This document shows positions 1 through 7,306 of a stretch of DNA of 24,000 nt, piece by piece. The notes beneath the pieces were generated by a model. The model saw nothing but the letters and a program-made list of their open reading frames with translations. It was not told where the DNA came from and ran no database searches. Position 1 is the stretch's first letter; the number at the start of each line of letters is the position of its first letter. Source of the stretch: Thermoleophilia bacterium (GTDB lineage: Bacteria > Actinomycetota > Thermoleophilia > Miltoncostaeales > Miltoncostaeaceae); assembly GCA_025455865.1 (NCBI GenBank), contig JALOLS010000076.1:1-24000 (forward strand), given 5' to 3'. A program made the translations under genes and the position numbers.

Positions 1-575
1 TCGCGCCCGGTCACCGCGCCGGCGGGCAGGTAGCGCAGGCGCGCCAGGGTCCGCTGCACGTCGGCCGTGGTGGCCGGGCCCGGGGTGAGGGTGCCGGTGG
101 GCGCCGCGGGCTCGCCGGGGTCGGCCCCGCCCGGCCGGAGGTCGCCGGGGTCGAAGGCCGCGCCCTCGACCGGCTGCTCGGCGCCGCCCGCGCCCGCCAC
201 CGCGACGCGCACCGACCGCACCCCGGGCACGCCCTCGACCGTGCGCACGACCTGGGTGAGGCGCCCGAGCAGGGCGTCGGTGCTGGCCGCGCCCTGGGTG
301 AAGCGATCCGAGAGCACCACCTCGGCCACGCCGCCGGCGATCGTGAGCCGCCGCAGGGTGACCCCGGTCGGCACCAGCGTGCGCACGTTGACCGCGCGCT
401 CCAGCACGCTCGGGCCGGCCAGGAGCTGGGTCGTGGCGAACCGCGCGGGCGCGACCCCGGCGGGCACGGTGCGCGACACCGGCGCGAGCTGCTCGCCCCG
501 GGTGAAGTAGACCTGCACCGTGGCGGCCTGGGCGGACGCGGCGGCCGAGAGGCCGGCCAGGGCGGCGGCGAGCAC
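1..575 (-). CDS. Partial CDS (3' end runs off the window start): secreted GerMN-domain protein with a C-terminal peptidoglycan-binding (PG_binding_1-like) segment
   Basis: Absent from the ORF track because it has no stop codon in the window. My own translation of the minus strand from nt 521 downward reads TVQVYFTRGEQLAPVSRTVPAGVAPARFATTQLLAGPSVLERAVNVRTLVPTGVTLRRLTIAGGVAEVVLSDRF (GerMN-like), then TTADVQRTLARLRYLPAGAVTGR (PG-binding-like). Upstream, RPRIRLAVLAAALAGLSAAASAQAA looks like a signal peptide. The only canonical in-frame start is GTG at 573-575, so the start is uncertain. Confidence 0.6.
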   Translation of the reverse strand, partial: MLAAALAGLSAAASAQAATVQVYFTRGEQLAPVSRTVPAGVAPARFATTQLLAGPSVLERAVNVRTLVPTGVTLRRLTIAGGVAEVVLSDRFTQGAASTDALLGRLTQVVRTVEGVPGVRSVRVAVAGAGGAEQPVEGAAFDPGDLRPGGADPGEPAAPTGTLTPGPATTADVQRTLARLRYLPAGAVTGR

Positions 576-752
576 GGCGAGGCGGATGCGGGGCCTGGGG
601 GCGATGGCGGGTCCGGGGTCGGGGAGCCTGGCGGGCGGGCGGAGACGATACCCCGGGGGCCGGGCGCCCGGGCGGGGCGGGGTCCGGCTCGAACCCGCCG
701 CCGACCCCGCGAGGAGCCCGCCGCCGCGGGGCGAAGTACCATCGCACCCACC

Positions 753-1937
753 GTGGCGACCACCCCGACCAGGCCCCCGCGGCCGTCCCGCGACCTCGCC
801 GCCCGCCGGGAGGCCCGGCGGACCCAGATCCGCCGGCGGCGCCGGAACGCCCTGCTCGCGATCGGCGCGCTGGTGCTCCTGGTGGGCGGGGCGGCGGTCT
901 GGGTCACGCGCGACGACGGCGGCGGCGGCGGCCCGGCCTCCGCCGGCGGGGGCGGCGGGCAGCCCGCCGCCGAGCCCGCGCCGCCTCCCGAGGTCGGCGT
1001 GATCGCGCCCGAGGTCACCCTCCCGATGCCCCGGCGGCCGGTCCTGCGCGTGCGCGCGCAGGGCGGCGACGGCCTGGAGGTGCGGGTGCGCGCCCAGACC
1101 ACCGACGGCCTGCGCCGCGCCGTCGGCCCGTGGGTCCCGGCCGCCGCGCGGGTGGCCGTGCCGCCCACCGTCCTGCGCATGGGCGCGGGCCGCGGCCCGC
1201 TCAAGGCCTGGGTCGAGGTCCGCGACACCGAGGGCCGGGTGGCCCGGTCGGGCGCCGTGCCGGTGACCGTCCCGCCCGCGCCGGGCAGCCCCCTGCAGGT
1301 CGTGGGCTCGGTCCAGACCCGCCGGCCCTTCGTGGCCCTGGTCTTCGACGACGGGCTGGAGCCCGAGGCCATGCGGCGCATCATCACCATCCTGCGGGCC
1401 CGCAACGCCGGCGGCACCTACTGCTTCAACGGCGCCAACATGGAGCGCTGGGACGCCCGCACGGTGCGCGCCATGCGGGCGGCGGTCATGGACGGCACGC
1501 TCGACCTGTGCAGCCACGGCTGGTCGCACCGGACCTCGACCACGACGCCGTACGAGACCGCCCTCACCGACCTGCGCGACAACGCCGCGATGGACCGGCG
1601 CATCGGCGTCTCGAGCGTCCCGTTCTACCGGCCCCCCTACGGCGCGCTCAGCCCCGGCATCCGCGATGCGGCGGCCGCGCTCGGCTACCGCACCGTGCTG
1701 ATGTGGAACGTCGACCCCTCCGACTACACCCGGCCCTCGGCGTCGGTGCTGACCGAGCGGGTGGTCGGGCCCTCCGGCCGCGGGTCGATCGCGGTCCTGC
1801 ACGCCATCGGCACCACGGCCGACGCGCTGCCCGCCATCCTCGACGGGCTCGAGGCCAAGGGCCTGCGCGCGGTGACCGCGTCGCGCCTCATGGCCGCCGG
1901 GCGCCCGGTGGGCTGGGGCGGCGGCCCGGCCTACTAG
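753..1937 (+). CDS. Polysaccharide deacetylase (NodB homology / CE4 family) with an N-terminal membrane anchor
   Basis: 394-aa ORF with a GTG start and high GC3. It has an N-terminal TM (ALLAIGALVLLVGGAAVWV) and NodB-type motifs (FVALVFDDG, LCSHGWSHR, FYRPPYG, LMWNVDPSDY). Confidence 0.85.
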   Translation: MATTPTRPPRPSRDLAARREARRTQIRRRRRNALLAIGALVLLVGGAAVWVTRDDGGGGGPASAGGGGGQPAAEPAPPPEVGVIAPEVTLPMPRRPVLRVRAQGGDGLEVRVRAQTTDGLRRAVGPWVPAAARVAVPPTVLRMGAGRGPLKAWVEVRDTEGRVARSGAVPVTVPPAPGSPLQVVGSVQTRRPFVALVFDDGLEPEAMRRIITILRARNAGGTYCFNGANMERWDARTVRAMRAAVMDGTLDLCSHGWSHRTSTTTPYETALTDLRDNAAMDRRIGVSSVPFYRPPYGALSPGIRDAAAALGYRTVLMWNVDPSDYTRPSASVLTERVVGPSGRGSIAVLHAIGTTADALPAILDGLEAKGLRAVTASRLMAAGRPVGWGGGPAY

Positions 1938-2009
1938 GGGACTGTCCATGAACCAAGACCCGCCTCCCGGGGAGCGAATCGCCAGCAGATCGGTGACCTC
2001 GGGACGTCG

Positions 2010-2028
2010 CATGTACTGGTGGTACATG
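2010..2028. repeat. Perfect AT-rich inverted repeat CATGTAC-N5-GTACATG between the deacetylase and the LytR_C gene
   Basis: Read directly: c2010 atgtac tggtg gtacatg 2028. It lies 41 nt upstream of the ATG at 2069. It is unusually AT-rich for this genome. Confidence 0.9.
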
Positions 2029-2068
2029 TGATCCCGAGGGTGCCGAGGTGCGCCGCGGCCCCTAGCCC

Positions 2069-2791
2069 ATGTCGCTGCTGACCTTCATCGCGGTCACCGC
2101 GGTGATCGCGGCGGTGTTCGCCGCGATCGGGCTGCTGGTCGTCGCGCTCCTGCGCCGGCGCGACATCCGGCGCCTCAAGGCGCAGCTCGCCCGCCCCGAC
2201 GGCGTCGCCGCGCCGGTCGAGCCCGAGCGCCAGAGCCAGTTGCAGGGCCGGGACGACGCCTCGCAGGGGGACCTGCTGCTGCCCGGCCGCGGCCGGCGGT
2301 GGCTCGAGGCCGCCGGGGTGCTCGCGCTGGTGCTCCTGGTGGCGGGCGCGGGCTGGTGGATCTGGCGGGGCCGCGGGTCCGGGTCGGGCGGCGGGACCGA
2401 CGACCCGCCCCCGGCCACGACGCGGGCGCGCACCGTCGCGCTCCCGCCCGACCGCCAGGTGCTGGTGCCGCCCATCCCGCCGGCGATCGGCAACAAGGCC
2501 GCCTTCACCGTCGCGGTGCTGAACGCGAGCGGCATCCCCGGGGCCGCCCGCGGACGGGTGGCCCCGCTGGTCGAGCAGGCCGGGTACACGCTGGGCGAGG
2601 TGGGCGACGGCAACCGCGACGACGTCCGCCAGTCGGTCGTCATGTGGGCGCGGGGCAAGAAGGACGTGGCCCTGAACGTCGCGCACGACCTCGGGGTGCG
2701 TTACGCCCCGCCGCTCGACGGCGTGACGCCGGCCCAGGTCGGGGGCGCCGACGCGGTGGTGGTGGTGGGTCGCGATCTCGCCCGGGGCTGA
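2069..2791 (+). CDS. LytR_C (LytR cell-envelope-related C-terminal) domain membrane protein
   Basis: 240 aa. Two hydrophobic segments (LTFIAVTAVIAAVFAAIGLLVVALL and AAGVLALVLLVAGAGWWIW). The C-terminal part, FTVAVLNASGIPGAARGRVAPLVEQAGYTLGEVGDGN...VVVVGRDL, is typical of LytR_C. Confidence 0.75.
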   Translation: MSLLTFIAVTAVIAAVFAAIGLLVVALLRRRDIRRLKAQLARPDGVAAPVEPERQSQLQGRDDASQGDLLLPGRGRRWLEAAGVLALVLLVAGAGWWIWRGRGSGSGGGTDDPPPATTRARTVALPPDRQVLVPPIPPAIGNKAAFTVAVLNASGIPGAARGRVAPLVEQAGYTLGEVGDGNRDDVRQSVVMWARGKKDVALNVAHDLGVRYAPPLDGVTPAQVGGADAVVVVGRDLARG

Positions 2792-2822
2792 CGCGCGGCT
2801 CGGGCCGCGCCTCGCGCGGCCG

Positions 2823-3416
2823 ATGATCCGCCCGGTGGCCCGTGACGACCTCCTGCGCCTGGCCGGCACCCCGCTCGTCGTGGCGGCGGTGGGCGGCGGC
2901 CTGCTGCTCCAGGGGGCGCCGGGGGCGGTCGCGCTGGCCGGGGGCGCGATCGCGGGCGTGCTGCCCCTGGCCGCCATGCGCCGCCGGCGCCCCGGGGCGC
3001 CCGACGCCGACGATCCGACCGCGATCGAGGAGATCGACCGCCTGCGCCGGCGCGGCTGGCGGGTGGTCCACGCCGCCCCGACGCCCCAGGGCACGGTGCG
3101 CCACGCGCTCATCGGCCCGGGCGGGGCGCTCGCCGCGGTCACCCACGGCCAGTCCGGGCGGGTCTCGGGCCGCAGCCTCCCCCGGCGCCGCCTGGCCGCC
3201 GTCGAGGCCGACCGGGTGCGGCTGGAGTCGGCGGTCGGGCCGCCGGCGGGCGCGATCGTGGTCGTGGGGCGGGGGTTCATGCCCGGGCCGGAGCGGGTGG
3301 CCGGCGTGGACGTCGTGCCGGTGCGCTCGCTGGCCGACCACCTGGCCGCGCGCGGCGAGGTCATGGGCGCCGACGAGGTCGAGGAGGCGTGGCGGGCGGT
3401 CGCCGGGGCGGGCTGA
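2823..3416 (+). CDS. Membrane protein with a NERD-like (nuclease-related) domain
   Basis: 197 aa with an ATG start. It has an N-terminal hydrophobic region. RRGWRVVHAAPTPQGTVRHALIGPGGALAAVTHGQSGRV resembles the NERD core (hD-H-hhIGPxGhhhh-x-K/H). High GC3. Confidence 0.5.
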   Translation: MIRPVARDDLLRLAGTPLVVAAVGGGLLLQGAPGAVALAGGAIAGVLPLAAMRRRRPGAPDADDPTAIEEIDRLRRRGWRVVHAAPTPQGTVRHALIGPGGALAAVTHGQSGRVSGRSLPRRRLAAVEADRVRLESAVGPPAGAIVVVGRGFMPGPERVAGVDVVPVRSLADHLAARGEVMGADEVEEAWRAVAGAG

Positions 3417-3784
3417 TCCTGGCGGTGGCGGTGGGCGGGGCCCTCGGCGCGCTCGCCCGCGCCCTGCTCGCCCGGCTGGCCGAGCCCGGGGCGCTCCCCT
3501 GGCCCACGCTGGTCGCCAACCTGGCCGGCACCGCGCTCCTCGCCGTCGGGGCGACCCGCCTGGGCGAGCGCCTGGCCCCCCGGCCGCGGGGACGGGCGTT
3601 CCTCACCACCGGGGCCTGCGGGGCCCTCACCACCTTCGCGACCATGCAGGTGGAGGTCATCCGCCTGTGGCGCGACGGCCGCCCCGCGGTCGCCGCCGGC
3701 TACACGCTGCTCTCGATCGGCCTCGGCCTGGTCGTGGTGTGGCTGGCGAGCGGCCTGGTGCGCCGGGCCCGGGTGCTCGGGTGA
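3389..3784 (+). CDS. crcB: Fluoride ion channel CrcB/FluC, copy 1
   Basis: 131 aa with VAVGGALGALARALL, PWPTLVANLAGTALLA and TTGACGALTTFATMQVE (the CrcB GxxGGxTTFSTF-type motif). It overlaps the upstream gene by 28 nt. Alternative in-frame GTG starts at 3425 and 3431 are possible. Confidence 0.85.
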   Translation: MAGGRRGGLILAVAVGGALGALARALLARLAEPGALPWPTLVANLAGTALLAVGATRLGERLAPRPRGRAFLTTGACGALTTFATMQVEVIRLWRDGRPAVAAGYTLLSIGLGLVVVWLASGLVRRARVLG

Positions 3785-4152
3785 GCGGCCTCGTGGCCTG
3801 GGCCCTGGTGGCGCCGGCCGGGGCGGCCGGGGCGGTGCTGCGCCTCGTGGTCGACACCCGGGTCCGCCGGGCCGCGGGCGGCGCGTTCCCGTGGGGGACG
3901 CTGGCGGTGAACGTGAGCGGGTCGCTCCTGCTCGGGCTCCTCACCGGCCTGGGGGTCGCCGGAGGCGGGCTGCTGGTCGCCGGGACGGCCCTGCTCGGCT
4001 CCTACACGACGTTCTCGACCTGGATGCTCGAGACCGGGCGGCTGGCCGAGACCGGCGAGGGGCGCCTGGCCGCGCTGAACGTCGTCGTGCCGATGAGCGC
4101 GGGCCTCGCCGCGGCCGGGCTGGGCTGGGCCCTCGGGGCGGCGCTCGGGTGA
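3781..4152 (+). CDS. crcB: Fluoride ion channel CrcB/FluC, copy 2 (partner of a heterodimeric pair)
   Basis: GTG at 3781 overlaps the crcB1 stop (GTGA). The product is VSGLVAWALVAPAGAAGAVLRL...FPWGTLAVNVSGSLLLGLL...GSYTTFSTWMLE. It appears as the C-terminal part of the long track ORF 2842..4152. Confidence 0.85.
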   Translation: MSGLVAWALVAPAGAAGAVLRLVVDTRVRRAAGGAFPWGTLAVNVSGSLLLGLLTGLGVAGGGLLVAGTALLGSYTTFSTWMLETGRLAETGEGRLAALNVVVPMSAGLAAAGLGWALGAALG

Positions 4153-5114
4153 GCCGCGCGCGCCTGCGCCTGGGGGTGCTCATGGAGGAGGGCGCCGGGG
4201 CGCTCGACCCGCTGCTCGGGCTGCTCGCGGCCGGCGGCGTGCGGTCGGCGGTGGTGCTGCGCGCCGAGCAGGGCTTCTCGCCCGCCGGGCCCATCCGGAC
4301 CGCCGACCTCGAGACCGCCGCGCTCGACCTGCCGCTGCAGGTGGTCGCGGTGGACCGCCCGGAGGTGGTGGGCCCGCTCGTCGGCCCGGCGCGGGCGCTG
4401 GTCCCCCGCGGGCTGGTCACCCGGGAGCCGGCGGTGGCGCTCGGGGCCGGCGACCCGCTCCCCGGCCACGACGACGACGTGCGGCTGAGCCTGCTGGTGC
4501 CCCGGCGGGCCCGTCACCGGGGCGCGCCGGCCGCGGTGGCCGCCATCGACGCCGCGCGGGCGGCCGGCGCCCGGGCCGCGGTGGCCCTGCTCGGCGTCGA
4601 CGGCCTGGACGGGGGACGGCGCACCACCGCGCGGTTCTGGTCGCGCAACGCCTCGCCCCCGGTGTCGGTGGTGGCCGTGGTCCCGGCCGCCGGCGCCCGG
4701 GCCGCGCTCGACGCCCTCGCCGCGGTGGCGGGGGACGTGCTGGTGGAGCGGGTCCGCGCCCTCGGCCCCGCCGACCCGGCGCCCGAGCACCCCGGCCACG
4801 GCCGGCTGACCGCCTACCTCGCGCCGGACCGGGGGCTGCTGGCCGCGCTCCGGGCCGGGGGCGCGGCCGGGGGGACGCTGCTCCGCGCCGTGCGGGGCAG
4901 CGGCCCGGACGGTGCCGTCCGGGCCGACCGCCTGCTCGCCGTGCGGCGGCGGGCCCCGGCGGTCTGCGTGGTCATCGACCGCGCGCCGGCGCTCGCCCGC
5001 GCCCGCCGGGCGGTGGAGTCGCTGGGGGGCGCCGCGGCGGTCACCTGGGAGCCGGTCGAGGTGGTCGAGGCCGGGGCGGCGGCCCCGGTGGCGGCTACGC
5101 GACCGCCTGGATGA
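4149..5114 (+). CDS. DUF190 (UPF0166, PII-like) protein built from three tandem DUF190-like repeats
   Basis: GTG at 4149 overlaps the crcB2 stop (GTGA), giving 321 aa. Three segments of about 100 aa share the DUF190 pattern: RLRLGVLMEE...AVVLRAEQGFSPAG...LPLQVVAVDRPEVV...GLVTREPAV; VRLSLLVPRR...AAVALLGVDGLDGG...PPVSVVAVVPAAGA...VLVERVRAL; GRLTAYLAP...GTLLRAVRGSGPDG...APAVCVVIDRAPAL...AAVTWEPVEVV. Confidence 0.7.
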   Translation: MSRARLRLGVLMEEGAGALDPLLGLLAAGGVRSAVVLRAEQGFSPAGPIRTADLETAALDLPLQVVAVDRPEVVGPLVGPARALVPRGLVTREPAVALGAGDPLPGHDDDVRLSLLVPRRARHRGAPAAVAAIDAARAAGARAAVALLGVDGLDGGRRTTARFWSRNASPPVSVVAVVPAAGARAALDALAAVAGDVLVERVRALGPADPAPEHPGHGRLTAYLAPDRGLLAALRAGGAAGGTLLRAVRGSGPDGAVRADRLLAVRRRAPAVCVVIDRAPALARARRAVESLGGAAAVTWEPVEVVEAGAAAPVAATRPPG

Positions 5115-5217
5115 CCCAGATCAGCCCCGCCACGACGAAGACCAGGATGAGCAGCGTCCAGAGCAGCGTCAGGCGGAAGTCGGGCATCGGGGGGGTCTTG
5201 GGCAGGTTGTCGGCCAC
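5095..5217 (-). CDS. Small (40 aa) single-pass membrane protein, unassigned family
   Basis: This is the tail of the spurious 655-aa ORF. GTG at 5215-5217 is preceded by GAGGAGGAG, 5 nt upstream (minus strand ccccGAGGAGGAGcccgcGTG). The product is MADNLPKTPPMPDFRLTLLWTLLILVFVVAGLIWVIQAVA. There is an alternative ATG at 5185-5187 (30 aa). Confidence 0.45.
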   Translation of the reverse strand: MADNLPKTPPMPDFRLTLLWTLLILVFVVAGLIWVIQAVA

Positions 5218-5319
5218 GCGGGCTCCTCCTCGGGGGTCGGGGGACGGCGGCATTCTGGCCCGCCGCGGCCGGGATCGCCACCCCGGGCACGGCCCCCGAG
5301 CCGGTAGGGTGGCCGCGCC

Positions 5320-6654
5320 GTGCCGGTCCTCCTCCGCCGCATCCGTCCCGCCCAGGCCGTCGCGCTCGGCTTCCTGGCGGCGATCCTGGTCGGCACCCTG
5401 CTGCTCACGATCCCGGTCTGCCGGGCCGGGCCGGGCGGCGCCCCCCTCGACACCGCCCTCTTCACGGCCACCTCCGCGGTCACCGTGACCGGCCTGGCCG
5501 TGGTCGACACCGCCACCTACTGGACCACCGGCGGGCAGGTGGTGATCATGCTGCTGGTCCAGCTCGGGGGGCTCGGCATCATGAGCGCGACGACGCTCCT
5601 GGTGATGCTGGTGGGCCGGCGGATCGGCCTGCGCGCCCGGATGCTCGCCCAGACCGAGACCGCGGTGCAGCAGCCCGGCGAGGTGCGCCGGGTGCTGGTC
5701 GCGGTCGCCCTGCTGACCCTGGTGGTGGAGGCGGTCTGCGCGGTGGGCATCACCATCCGCCTGTGGGCGGGCGGCGACGACCTGGGCACGTCGGCCTGGT
5801 ACGGGATGTTCCACGCGGTGACGGCGTTCAACAACGCCGGGTTCGCCCTGTGGCCGGACAACCTGGTGCAGTTCGCCGGGGACCTCTGGATGAGCGGGAT
5901 CATGTGCGTCGCGATCATCGCCGGCGGCCTCGGCGTGCCGGTGTTCGCCGACCTCGTGCGCCGGCCGCGCACGCCGCGGCGCTGGAGCCTGCACACCAGG
6001 CTCACCCTGATCGTCTCGGCCGTGCTGATCGTGTTCGGGACCGCCGCCGTGATCGCCTTCGAGTGGGGCAACCCGGGCACCCTCGGGGCGCTCTCGCCGG
6101 GGGACCGGCTCATCGCCGGGGCCTTCCAGGGCATCAGCCCGCGCACCGCGGGGTTCAACACCGTGGACTACGCGCAGATGAACGACTCCACCCTGCTGGT
6201 CACCGACTTCCTCATGCTGGTCGGGGCCGGGAGCGTGTCCACCGGCGGGGGCATCAAGGTGACCACCCTCTGCGTGCTCGCCCTGGCCGCGGCGGCCGCC
6301 GTGCGCGGGACCCCCTCGGTCAACGCGCTCGGCCGGCGGATCCCCGACATCGCCCAGCGCCAGGCCCTGGCCATCACGGTCATCGCCACCGGCGCCATCG
6401 CCATCGGGACCTTCGTGCTGGTGGCCGCGTCGGGCGTCGAGGTGGGCGCGGCGCTCTTCGAGACCACCTCGGCCCTGGGGACCGTGGGGCTGTCCACCGG
6501 CATCACCGGGGACCTCGGCATCCACGGGGACGCCGTGCTCATCGCCCTGATGATCCTGGGGCGGGTGGGGCCCCAGGTGCTCGGGGCCGCGCTCGTGATG
6601 CGCGAGCGCGAGCCCAGATATCGCTATCCAGAGGAGCGGCCGATCGTTGGGTAG
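5320..6654 (+). CDS. trkH: TrkH/KtrB-family potassium uptake membrane subunit
   Basis: 444 aa and polytopic. Typical motifs are present: ALFTATSAVTVTGL, LVQLGGLGIMS, FHAVTAFNNAGF, RTAGFNTVD, GGGIKVTT, ETTSALGTVGLSTG. Confidence 0.9.
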   Translation: MPVLLRRIRPAQAVALGFLAAILVGTLLLTIPVCRAGPGGAPLDTALFTATSAVTVTGLAVVDTATYWTTGGQVVIMLLVQLGGLGIMSATTLLVMLVGRRIGLRARMLAQTETAVQQPGEVRRVLVAVALLTLVVEAVCAVGITIRLWAGGDDLGTSAWYGMFHAVTAFNNAGFALWPDNLVQFAGDLWMSGIMCVAIIAGGLGVPVFADLVRRPRTPRRWSLHTRLTLIVSAVLIVFGTAAVIAFEWGNPGTLGALSPGDRLIAGAFQGISPRTAGFNTVDYAQMNDSTLLVTDFLMLVGAGSVSTGGGIKVTTLCVLALAAAAAVRGTPSVNALGRRIPDIAQRQALAITVIATGAIAIGTFVLVAASGVEVGAALFETTSALGTVGLSTGITGDLGIHGDAVLIALMILGRVGPQVLGAALVMREREPRYRYPEERPIVG

Positions 6655-7306
6655 GGGACGCGGCGAGATCCTGGTGGTGGGGCTGGGGCGGTTCGGATCG
6701 GCGCTGGCCGAGACCCTGGCGACCCTGGGGCACGAGGTGATGGGCGTGGACCTGAGCGCCGACCTGGTCCAGCGCTCGGCGGCGGCGGTCTCCCAGACCG
6801 TGCAGGCCGACGCCACCGACGTCGGGGTCATGCGCCAGCTCGGGGCGGATGAGTTCGAGACCGGCGTCGTCGCCATCGGCGACGACATGGAGGCGAGCAT
6901 CCTGGCCTCCTCGGTGCTGCTCGAGCTCGGCATCCAGCGGGTCTGGGCCAAGGCCATCACCGCCCGCCACGGGCAGATCCTGCAGCGGCTCGGGGTGCAC
7001 CGGGTGGTCTTCCCCGAGCACGACATGGGCGTGCGGGTGGGCCACGCGCTCACCGGGCGCACGCTCGACTACATCAGCCTGGACCCGGACTTCGTGCTGG
7101 CCGAGACCACCGTGCCGCGCGAGCTCGACGGCAAGGCGCTGGGCCAGGCCCAGGTCCGCTCCCGGCACGACGTGACCGTCGTCTGCGTGAAGCCGCCCGG
7201 CGGGCGCTTCCAGGCCGCGACCCCCGAGACGGTGGTCAACGAGGGGGACCTGCTCCTCGTGGTGGGCGAGGTGCGCCCGGTCGACGCGTTCTGCCGGCTG
7301 GCGTAG
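6647..7306 (+). CDS. trkA: TrkA/KtrA potassium uptake regulatory subunit (RCK_N + RCK_C)
   Basis: 219 aa. The TTG start at 6647 is preceded by GAGGAG at 6631-6636 and overlaps trkH by 8 nt. It has a Rossmann motif (ILVVGLGRFGSALAETL) and a C-terminal TrkA_C-like segment (LAETTVPRELDGKALGQAQVRSRHDVTVVCVK...GDLLLVVG). Confidence 0.9.
   Translation: MGRGRGEILVVGLGRFGSALAETLATLGHEVMGVDLSADLVQRSAAAVSQTVQADATDVGVMRQLGADEFETGVVAIGDDMEASILASSVLLELGIQRVWAKAITARHGQILQRLGVHRVVFPEHDMGVRVGHALTGRTLDYISLDPDFVLAETTVPRELDGKALGQAQVRSRHDVTVVCVKPPGGRFQAATPETVVNEGDLLLVVGEVRPVDAFCRLA

Noticed and set aside
600-660. GGCGATGG at 600-607, resembling the 5' conserved block of the fluoride (crcB-motif) riboswitch. Also CGATGATCC at 2821-2829.
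   Set aside because: - The remaining conserved blocks (GUUCGCC, UAAAC, AAUGAnnCCUAC) are absent.
- The first site is upstream of the deacetylase, not of crcB.
- The second site is simply the start of a coding sequence.
11-1417. 468-aa minus-strand ORF, the longest ORF at the left end.
   Set aside because: - Its composition is Arg/Pro/Ser/Ala-dominated and low in complexity.
- It is antisense to the well-supported deacetylase and out of frame with the real GerMN gene.
- It is a typical GC-rich shadow ORF.
5218-7062. Upstream 615 codons of the 655-aa minus ORF antisense to trkH/trkA.
   Set aside because: - Its composition is His/Gly/Arg/Pro-rich junk.
- The opposite strand carries unmistakable TrkH and TrkA motifs.
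- Only the last 40 codons (5095-5217) look like a real gene.
7236-7306. 71-nt convergent overlap between the trkA 3' end and the GH63-like gene 3' end.
   Set aside because: - The last roughly 30 aa of the hydrolase ORF (GRASATPAGRTRRPGAPRPPRGAGPPR) follow the conserved AWTAALALWEL terminus.
- They look like a stop-codon-poor read-on tail rather than a functional overlap.
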